This document shows, piece by piece, positions 33,733-40,909 of a stretch of DNA of 47,482 bases; positions within the stretch are counted from its first letter, which is position 1, and the number at the start of each line of letters is the position of its first letter. The stretch comes from Armatimonadota bacterium (GTDB lineage: Bacteria; Armatimonadota; Zipacnadia; Zipacnadales; UBA5352): assembly GCA_046540615.1 (NCBI GenBank), contig JBKHFA010000002.1:1-47482 (forward strand). Direction: 5' to 3'. The notes below the pieces were generated by a model. That model saw only the letters and a program-made list of their open reading frames with translations, did not search any database and had not been told where the DNA came from. Both the position numbers and the translations under genes were made by a program.

Positions 33733-34712
33733 CTGTCTCCGGCCTCCTGCGCCGTCTCTTCGTAGATGCGAACGATGTCTCGGTGGGGATCGAGCACCGC
33801 GACGCGCCCGGATGGATCGATCGCGAGGTCGATCCCTACGCTGCTCCTCGCGAGCTTCCCGGGCGGCACGACCACCGAGAGCAATTCTCCGTCCGTGGAA
33901 TACACCTTCACTCGGGGAAGGCCCTTTTCTGAGGTGACCACGCGCCCGTCGGGCAGCACGGCGATGTCCGTCGGATTGCAGCAGCCGCCGAAGCCCTCGA
34001 CGTCGTTGCCGACTCGCCTCCACGAGTTCACGAGCGCGCCGTCCGTCCGGGAGTGTATCTGCACCGCAAGCCGTCCCGGGTTGGACAGCCAGAGGTTGCC
34101 GTCAGGACCGGTCGCCACGTCAAGGTGGGGGCTGGGGATGGAAAGCGCGGGGATTCCCCGCTCCGGATCCATCCCGGCAAACTCGCCGAGCAGGTTCCCG
34201 GTGCCGTCATAACGCAGGATCCTCCGGCTGCCCGCGTCTGCGACGAATCGGTCGTCAGGCCACGCCGCGATCGACGTGATCCAGGTGTTCTCCCCCTCGG
34301 GCGCCAGCGTCATGAGCAGTTGCCCCGACTGATCGTACACCTCCACGCTCTGTCGCGTTCCCACGAGGATCGTGCCTTCGGGATCGACAGCCACGCAGGT
34401 CGGCTCCCCGCCGACCGGGAGTTCCCACTCAACCTGCCCGTCGGCCGTCATCTTCCGCACGGCCTCATCGCCGGCGACGTAGAGCGCGCCGGGAGCGTCG
34501 AACGCGATGGCCGTGGCCTCCGCGAAGCCCGGATCGATCTCACCCACCGTCTCCCACGTGAGCAACTGCTCAGGCACGTGGCTGGCTTCCGCCTGCGACG
34601 CGACATTCTCAGCTTTGACCGCCACCGTCTGCTCGATGATCTCCTGCCGCTGGGGACAGCCGCTGAGAGCAGTCGCCAGCAACGCGATCGCCACGAGTGC
34701 GCGTGACGTCAT
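33729..34712 (-). CDS. NHL-repeat six-bladed beta-propeller lipoprotein
   Basis: Lipobox MTSRALVAIALLATALSGC. Six repeats of the NHL type (ATAIAFDAPGALYVAGD, PTCVAVDPEGTILVG, ITSIAAWPDDRFVADAGSRRILRYD, LDVATGPDGNLWLSNPG, PTDIAVLPDGRVVTSEKG..VKVYS, IDLAIDPSGRVAVLDPHRDIVRIYE). Confidence 0.75.
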   Translation of the reverse strand: MTSRALVAIALLATALSGCPQRQEIIEQTVAVKAENVASQAEASHVPEQLLTWETVGEIDPGFAEATAIAFDAPGALYVAGDEAVRKMTADGQVEWELPVGGEPTCVAVDPEGTILVGTRQSVEVYDQSGQLLMTLAPEGENTWITSIAAWPDDRFVADAGSRRILRYDGTGNLLGEFAGMDPERGIPALSIPSPHLDVATGPDGNLWLSNPGRLAVQIHSRTDGALVNSWRRVGNDVEGFGGCCNPTDIAVLPDGRVVTSEKGLPRVKVYSTDGELLSVVVPPGKLARSSVGIDLAIDPSGRVAVLDPHRDIVRIYEETAQEAGDR

Positions 34713-36367
34713 GGGTTTCTCACATCCACGCAGATCATCGTCTCGCGGTCGCGAATGACCAGCTTGCCGTCCGCAAACGCCATCGGCGCCCAGGCATCCG
34801 GGCCGGGAAGCACCTTCGCGCGGGCCATCTCGTTGTACCCGGAGGTTGTCGCCTGCGCCATCACGAGCGTCCCGTCATCGCTGAGCACGTAGATTTTTCC
34901 GTCGGCCATGAGGAAGGGGCCGATCCCGAAGCGCGCGGTGTGTCCGCTCTCCCAGACGCGCTTGCCCTCGAGGTTCAGGCAGACAAGCTGACGGTCCATG
35001 CTCACGCCGAAGAGGTGATTCTGATGGAAGATCGGCGTATGCTGATGGGAGCCGAAGATGTTCTGCGGGATCTTCCACACCTGCGCGGGGGTGCCGCCCT
35101 TCACCGACAGCAGCATGCTGCCCGCGCCGTAGCCGCCGGTGAGGAAGATACGCTCGTTGCCGACGGGCACCGGCGTCGGGACGTTCGCGGTGTTCACGGT
35201 CCAGTTGGGATACTTGAAGACGATCGAGCCGTCGTTCGCGTCGATGCCGACGACGCCGCCGGAAGCCGGATAGACGTAGACTTCCCGCCCGCCGATCTGC
35301 GCGGGCATGATGGAGGCGTGGGTCATCTGCCAGCCGTCCGGGTTCGGCGCCTCCCACTCGACGGTGCCTGAGGCGACATCCACCGCGATCATGAGCGACT
35401 TGCCACCGGGCGCGAGGATGGCCCTGCCGTTGTCGATGATCGGACACTGCCCGGCGTACCAACTTGGGATCTTCGTGTTGTATGTCTGCTTGAGATCCAC
35501 CTGCCAGACCACGTCGCCGCTGTCGGCGCGCGCGCAGGTTACATGGCCCATCGGACCGAGGGCAACGACGTAGCCGCCGGCGACGGCGGGGACGGTGCGG
35601 GAGATTCCGTGGTTATCCTTGATCTGCACCGCGTACGACTGCCGCCAGATCTCACTACCATCCGCAAGCGACAGGCAGCGCAGGGTGTCCTCGCGGGCCT
35701 TTTGATCGTAGTCGAGCACGTACACGCGGCCGTTGGCGATCGCCGCGCCTGCGTGGCCCGGTCCGAGCATGTCCTTCGACCAGACCTTGCGCGGGCCGTC
35801 GCTCGGCCAGCTTGAGGCGAGACCGGACGCCTCCTGCGCGATGTTGTCGTAGCCTGAGCCACGGAAGTTCGGCCACGATCCTCCTCCACCGCCTGAAGGT
35901 GGCGCCGAGGCGGATTGCGCGCTTTCGCCGCCTGTCTGAGCGGGAGTGGAGGGCTGTGAGGGTGGGGCCGCCTGTGATGGCTGACCGTCAGCGGTCTCGG
36001 GTGATTCTGCGTCGCCCTCGGAGGCATCGGTCGCGTTCTCTTCGACTGCAGGCGGATCGTCGTTGGAAAGCTCTTCGCTGTCGGGCCTGTCGGGAAGCAC
36101 TTCGCCGGGGCGCGGCTCAACGTCAACCGGGCGGGAGTCCCCGAGCACCCACATCCCGAGCAGGAATGCGCCGATCAGCGCCACGAGGATCGGAATCGCG
36201 ATCGCGAGAATGCGCTTCGTGCGGTCACTGTGCCGAGGAGCGGGCGCCGGCCCCTCCGGTTCCTCATCGGAAGATGGCGGATCGGGCTGATTCACGGTCG
36301 AGGGCACGCGGTCGTTGGGGAGTCGATCGCCTGTGCTCTTGCCGCCGCTCTCCATGCTTCCCCTCAC
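34709..36367 (-). CDS. membrane-anchored PQQ-like beta-propeller protein (first gene of the operon)
   Basis: Single TM (ILAIAIPILVALIGAFLLGMWVL), an ~87-aa acidic/Pro-rich linker, then SWPNFRGSGYDN and propeller blades. C-terminal WAPMAFADGKLVIRDRETMICVDV. Start is GTG 36367, or ATG 36355 preceded by GAGGGG. Confidence 0.8.
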   Translation of the reverse strand: MRGSMESGGKSTGDRLPNDRVPSTVNQPDPPSSDEEPEGPAPAPRHSDRTKRILAIAIPILVALIGAFLLGMWVLGDSRPVDVEPRPGEVLPDRPDSEELSNDDPPAVEENATDASEGDAESPETADGQPSQAAPPSQPSTPAQTGGESAQSASAPPSGGGGGSWPNFRGSGYDNIAQEASGLASSWPSDGPRKVWSKDMLGPGHAGAAIANGRVYVLDYDQKAREDTLRCLSLADGSEIWRQSYAVQIKDNHGISRTVPAVAGGYVVALGPMGHVTCARADSGDVVWQVDLKQTYNTKIPSWYAGQCPIIDNGRAILAPGGKSLMIAVDVASGTVEWEAPNPDGWQMTHASIMPAQIGGREVYVYPASGGVVGIDANDGSIVFKYPNWTVNTANVPTPVPVGNERIFLTGGYGAGSMLLSVKGGTPAQVWKIPQNIFGSHQHTPIFHQNHLFGVSMDRQLVCLNLEGKRVWESGHTARFGIGPFLMADGKIYVLSDDGTLVMAQATTSGYNEMARAKVLPGPDAWAPMAFADGKLVIRDRETMICVDVRNP

Positions 36368-36372
36368 AGTGG

Positions 36373-36401
36373 TTGAAAGTTGTCCCGCGTGAGCATAGTA
36401 T
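36373..36401 (+). promoter_or_regulatory. candidate sigma70-like promoter for the plus-strand terpenoid/radical-SAM cluster
   Basis: TTGAAA (36373-78), a 17-nt spacer, then TAGTAT (36396-401), in the AT-richest part of the 250-bp divergent intergenic region. Whether this consensus applies in the organism is unknown. Confidence 0.3.
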
Positions 36402-36617
36402 TGTGCGTATCATGCCGAGTCAAGCATCTGAGGCCTCGTCAGGACCCGGTGGCGTCAGATTCCTCATACTGTCTCCGACGCCTGCCGAAACGTTTTCGTT
36501 CACCGAGTCTCTGAACAAATACTGTCGGGTCGGCGTCCGCGGGCATGAGCAGGTCGTTGCGATGAGACGTTTCCTCGCGGCGCTGAGGCTGGACAGGGGC
36601 GCCTCCCGCCGGGTATT

Positions 36618-37520
36618 GTGAGGCATGATGCTCTGTCAGATTCGACTGATAGTCGTGGTGTGCGGGGTGAGTTGTCCGTGGTTGACGGTCCCTGGGTGTT
36701 GATCTCCAGCCATCTCCACTTTGACGACGCGTGTACCCGCTTCGAGGATGAACTCGCGCGACGCCTCGCAGCGTCCGGCTTGTGCGTGATCGTTGCACCC
36801 CACCTTTACCATCTCCCGCATCGCAGTGAGGTCTGGTCGGAGATTGCGCAGATTCGAGGAGCACTCGCCGTCGCGGGATGGCTCAATCCCCGGCCGATGG
36901 AATGTCTGCTTCGGGAGTGCGCCGACCGTGAGATCGACCTCGCAGTTGACCTCGGCGAGGTTGACGACGCTGAAGCCGCCGCCGCGGCCATCGTGGACGC
37001 GCTGGGTCCTGCCGAGGGCGTCGGTGACGTACGCGAGCTTCAGGCGGAGTTGGCCGAGCGATGGTACCCGGTCCTTGACCGCACCCGCTGCACCTCCTGC
37101 TTTCACTGCCTGCAGTTCTGCCTCTTCGGCGTCTATGAGACAGAGGATCGGCAGGTCGTGGCGGCGCGTCCCGACAACTGCAAGGACGGCTGTCCTGCGT
37201 GCGCGCGCGTCTGCCCCGAGGGCGCGATCATCTTCCCCCTGTCCGACGAACCGGCCGTCGCCGGGGCGCCGGGGACGCTGATGGCGCCTGACGCCCCCGC
37301 GCGGCGGATGTACTACGTGCGCACCGGCAGACCCTGCCCCGTCTGCGGCGAAGTTGCCGAGGCCGGGGAGATGACGGAGTCGGCGACCGGGACCACCTGC
37401 GAGGAGTGCGGACGCCCGCGTGAAGAAGCGGCGCCCCCCGCCGGACCCTCGGCCGTGCATCAGGATATTGATGAGTTGATCGACGCGCTTGACGCTCTTG
37501 CGGGGAGTGCCCGCGAGTGA
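36618..37520 (+). CDS. 4Fe-4S dicluster ferredoxin-domain protein with C-terminal Cys4 ribbon
   Basis: RCTSCFHCLQFCLFGVYE...NCKDGCPACARVCPEGAI (two cluster motifs), then CPVCGEV...CEECGRP. The N-terminal ~150 aa are unassigned. Start uncertain (GTG 36618, 36660, 36678 or TTG 36672). Confidence 0.7.
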   Translation: MRHDALSDSTDSRGVRGELSVVDGPWVLISSHLHFDDACTRFEDELARRLAASGLCVIVAPHLYHLPHRSEVWSEIAQIRGALAVAGWLNPRPMECLLRECADREIDLAVDLGEVDDAEAAAAAIVDALGPAEGVGDVRELQAELAERWYPVLDRTRCTSCFHCLQFCLFGVYETEDRQVVAARPDNCKDGCPACARVCPEGAIIFPLSDEPAVAGAPGTLMAPDAPARRMYYVRTGRPCPVCGEVAEAGEMTESATGTTCEECGRPREEAAPPAGPSAVHQDIDELIDALDALAGSARE

Positions 37521-39010
37521 ATACTTCCACCGGGGTCCCCGTGGTCATGACGGCCGATCGCACGCTGATGGCCGATCATCGCACTGTGTTCGGCGGGATG
37601 ATCGCGGCCAGTCAGACTACGACTGTGCCCTGGCCGCTGATGGACCATCTGCTTGCGCCGCGACCACGCCTCCCCATCGCGCCACTGGGCCTGCGGCGGA
37701 TCGAGGCCTCGCTGCTGGCGGACGGATTCGAAGCGGACGAGGTAGCGGTGGTTGAGGCCGAGCGGCTGGAGTCGGTCGTTGGCCCGGAGACGCGCATCAT
37801 TGCCGTCAGCGCAGGCGAGGCATGCGGACTCGGCATGAACTCGACCACGATGACGGCGATCACTGGCGGAGAGATCTATCCCCGCCGACTCGTAGGCGAC
37901 CTCATGCAGCGTATCCGCGATCTGCGCTCGGTGTCACCGAGCGCGAAAGTCATCCTTGGCGGGCCCGGGGCGTGGCAGCTTGTCGCCGATGATGACCTGC
38001 GCGCCAGGCTCGGGGTCGATCACGTGGTCTTCGGGCAGGCTGAGGGGAATGTGGCGGAGGTCTTCGGTGGCGTCGTCAGCGGCGAGGGGTTCCCGGTGGT
38101 GATTGAGGGCGCGCCGGTGGCGGCAAGCGCGATCCCTGCCATCCGTGGCCTCTCGGCGATGGGCGTGGTGGAGCTGTCGCGCGGCTGCGGGCTCGGCTGT
38201 GAGTACTGCGTGATGGGGCGCGAGAGGATGACGCACCTTCCCGAGGAGACGATCCTCGCGGATGTGCGGACAAACGTGGGGGCCGGTCTGTCCAGCATCG
38301 CTGCGATCAGCGAGGACATGCTGCGCTACGGCGGTGACGGTGTGCGGCCCAGCCCCGAGCGCCTGCTCGGCCTGCTCAGGGAGATGCGGCGGGTCGAGGG
38401 CCTCGATCTCATTCAGACGGACCACGCGAACGTGATGTCAGTCGCCGGATGGTCGGACGAGCAGCTTCGGGATCTGCGGACGCTGATGGTGGGGGAGACG
38501 GGGTCACGCCACCCGTGGATGAACCTTGGGGTGGAGTCGGCATCGGGGGAATTGCTTGCGAGGAGCGGCTCAGCGAAGCTCGGAGGCGTCCCGTCGGCAG
38601 AGTGGGGGGAGTTCGCGGCCGAGCAGCTTCGCCGCCTGGTACGCGCCGGCTTCATGCCGATGGCCAGCCTGATGCTGCGTCTCCCGGGCGAGACCGGCGC
38701 AGATGTGCAGCGGACGCTCGACTGGGTCGAGGGCTTCGCGGGTGAGCCTCTGATGATCTTCCCGATGCTTTACGCGCCGATCGACGGCAGTCCGCCGCCG
38801 ACGCGGAATGACCTCACGCGCGCTCACTGGCGCCTGATCCAGCGTTGCTACGACTTCAACTTCCGCGAGGTGCCACGGATGTTCCTCGACGGGCAGACGG
38901 CCGCGGGAGTGCCGGTGGGGCGGCGACTGGCGCTGCAGGCGCTGGGATTCGGGCAGGTCGCACTGTGGAGCGGGTTATTTGCATGGCGGGAGTGGCAGGC
39001 GGAAAGATGA
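37517..39010 (+). CDS. B12-binding-domain radical SAM protein
   Basis: Rossmann-like N-terminal half (IIAVSAGEACGLG...KVILGGPGAW), then VELSRGCGLGCEYCVMG (CxxxCxxC). GTGA overlap with the ferredoxin gene. 497 aa. Confidence 0.8.
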   Translation: MNTSTGVPVVMTADRTLMADHRTVFGGMIAASQTTTVPWPLMDHLLAPRPRLPIAPLGLRRIEASLLADGFEADEVAVVEAERLESVVGPETRIIAVSAGEACGLGMNSTTMTAITGGEIYPRRLVGDLMQRIRDLRSVSPSAKVILGGPGAWQLVADDDLRARLGVDHVVFGQAEGNVAEVFGGVVSGEGFPVVIEGAPVAASAIPAIRGLSAMGVVELSRGCGLGCEYCVMGRERMTHLPEETILADVRTNVGAGLSSIAAISEDMLRYGGDGVRPSPERLLGLLREMRRVEGLDLIQTDHANVMSVAGWSDEQLRDLRTLMVGETGSRHPWMNLGVESASGELLARSGSAKLGGVPSAEWGEFAAEQLRRLVRAGFMPMASLMLRLPGETGADVQRTLDWVEGFAGEPLMIFPMLYAPIDGSPPPTRNDLTRAHWRLIQRCYDFNFREVPRMFLDGQTAAGVPVGRRLALQALGFGQVALWSGLFAWREWQAER

Positions 39011-40827
39011 GACTTGAACGCGATCGTCTTGATGATGCAATGCGAAATGCCCGTGAGACGCTGCTGTCGATGCGCGCGGAGGACGACTGGTGGGAGGGAC
39101 ATTTGTCCTCGTCGGCGGTGGCAACCGCGACGTCCGCGATTGCGCTGCAGCGCGCGGGCGTGGAGGACGATCGCCCGCTGGTCGAGCAGGCGGTCGCGTG
39201 GCTCGTGGCGGATCAGAATGAGGATGGTGGCTGGGGTGACAGCCCCGGCAGCCCGAGCAACATCGCGGCCACCGTCCTGAGCATCGCGGCACTGACGGTC
39301 GCGGAGATGCCGCACCCCGAGGTGCTCGAGCAGGCGCGAGCGTGGATCGAGGAGAGCGTGGGCGGAGGGGACGTCGTGGCCGCGATCAAGCACCGCTACG
39401 GCGACGATCGCACCTTTCAGTCGCCGATTCTCGCGGCCTGCGCACTCGCGGGACTGGTGGAGTGGCGGGAGGTCCCGACGCTGCCCTTCGAGCTTGCGGC
39501 GATGCCCCGGGGATGGCACGCGCTGCTGAGGCTGCAGGTCGTGAGCTACGGCCTCCCGGCGCTGATCTCGGTGGGCGCGCTGATTTACATGAAACGTGGC
39601 GGGGATACGATGCTGCGGAGCATTCTGCGGATGGCGACGGTCGGTCGCGCCCTCCGGATGCTCCCCGACCTGCAGCCGGCCAGCGGGGGCTTCCTTGAAG
39701 CCGCGCCGCTGACGGCGTTCGTTGCGATGAGTCTCACCGAGGTGGTGGGGCCGGAGCACGTCGTGGTGGAAGGCTGTCTTGAGTTTCTCCGGGACACGAT
39801 TCGCGACGATGGAAGCTGGCCGATCGACACGAATCTTTCCGTCTGGGTGACGACGAACGCTCTGATGGCGCTGAGGCATTCGGGCGGGATGCCGCCGGAG
39901 ATCGACGAGAGCGCTCACGCCTGGCTGCGCAAGCAGCAGATGCGGCATCCGCATCCTTTTACGAACGCCGATCCGGGTGGCTGGCCGTGGACGCATCTGC
40001 CCGGTGGCGTGCCTGACGCCGATGACACGGCGGGGGCGGTGCTGGAGATGGCGGCCGGCGGGTCCTTCGGGGCCGCGCTGGACGGCGCGGTGTGGCTCAA
40101 CGGGCTGCAGAATGCCGATGCGGGCTGGCCGACGTTTTGTCGCGGGTGGGGCAGGCTGCCCTTTGACCGCAGTTCACCGGATGTGACCGCGCATGCGGTG
40201 CGAGCAACGCGGGCGGTGCTGGACATGCCGGACGCGGACGCCGGCGATCGCGGCTACCTCGAGCGCCTGCTCGTGAAGAGCATGGACGCGTCAATCGGAC
40301 GCGGCTTCGGCTACCTTGCCGCGGCGCAGCGGGATGATGGCTCATGGGTGCCGCTGTGGTTCGGCGATCAGCGGGTCGTCTCCGAGGCCAACCCCGTGCT
40401 CGGCACGGCGCGCGTGCTTGCCGCCTTCGGCGACTGCGACCGGATGGATGATCCGCACGCGGAGGCAGGAGTGAAGTACCTGCTGCGCGCACAGAACGAT
40501 GACGGCGGATGGGGGGGCGCGGTGGAAGTGGCCAGCACGATCGAGCAGACTGCGCTGGCCGTCAGCGCCCTGTGCCGCTTCACCGGCGATGAAGATGTGA
40601 ATCTCTCGGTCGAAGGCGGTGTTGAGTACCTGCTTGACCGAGTTGACGACGGGACGTGGACCGAGCCTGAGCCGATCGGGCTTTACTTCGCCAGCCTGTG
40701 GTATACTGAGGCGCTCTACCCCATCACCTGGACGATCGAGGCACTCGGACGGGCCCGCGAGGCGCTGAGCGTGGGTGATTCCGGCGGTGACGCCGATGAC
40801 GGTGACGAGGCGCAGTCTGTGAGTTGA
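39007..40827 (+). CDS. squalene-hopene-cyclase-like class II terpene cyclase
   Basis: ATGA overlap with the radical SAM stop. QW-type repeats (QNEDGGWGD, RDDGSWP, QNADAGWPTF, QRDDGSWVPLWF, QNDDGGWGG). Catalytic DxDDTA motif as GGWPWTHLPGGVPDADDTAGAVLEM (DADDTA at 40015-40032). 606 aa, which is slightly short for SHC. Confidence 0.75.
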   Translation: MRLERDRLDDAMRNARETLLSMRAEDDWWEGHLSSSAVATATSAIALQRAGVEDDRPLVEQAVAWLVADQNEDGGWGDSPGSPSNIAATVLSIAALTVAEMPHPEVLEQARAWIEESVGGGDVVAAIKHRYGDDRTFQSPILAACALAGLVEWREVPTLPFELAAMPRGWHALLRLQVVSYGLPALISVGALIYMKRGGDTMLRSILRMATVGRALRMLPDLQPASGGFLEAAPLTAFVAMSLTEVVGPEHVVVEGCLEFLRDTIRDDGSWPIDTNLSVWVTTNALMALRHSGGMPPEIDESAHAWLRKQQMRHPHPFTNADPGGWPWTHLPGGVPDADDTAGAVLEMAAGGSFGAALDGAVWLNGLQNADAGWPTFCRGWGRLPFDRSSPDVTAHAVRATRAVLDMPDADAGDRGYLERLLVKSMDASIGRGFGYLAAAQRDDGSWVPLWFGDQRVVSEANPVLGTARVLAAFGDCDRMDDPHAEAGVKYLLRAQNDDGGWGGAVEVASTIEQTALAVSALCRFTGDEDVNLSVEGGVEYLLDRVDDGTWTEPEPIGLYFASLWYTEALYPITWTIEALGRAREALSVGDSGGDADDGDEAQSVS

Positions 40828-40909
40828 TCTGACGCACCGCCCTTCGATGCCGGAGTTCGGGGATGGCGGCGAGGGAGCACGTGTTCCGACACCTGGAGGA
40901 CGATGCCCG

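Noticed and set aside
33733-34023. Upstream 97 codons of the 178-aa minus-strand ORF
   Set aside because: Arg-rich (RQRRRGLRR...), and it fully overlaps the 3' end of the NHL lipoprotein gene in another frame. The internal ATG 33732 gives perfect ATGA coupling and a TAT signal.
36412-36621. 70-aa plus-strand uORF (MPSQASEASSGPGG...) ending in a GTGA overlap with the ferredoxin gene
   Set aside because: There is no RBS before ATG 36412 and no recognisable motif. It is the tail of a shadow ORF (35812-36621) antisense to the propeller gene. It is kept only as part of the long-leader observation.
37517-40827. Canonical hopanoid (hpn) locus with HpnJ/HpnH plus shc
   Set aside because: No squalene synthase-like hpnC/D/E and no hpnG/H/I/K-type genes are present. 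The neighbours (DUF116 fusion, propeller, prenyltransferase-repeat protein) are atypical. I cannot assign the rSAM to an Hpn subfamily by eye, so I only call it SHC-like plus a B12-rSAM.
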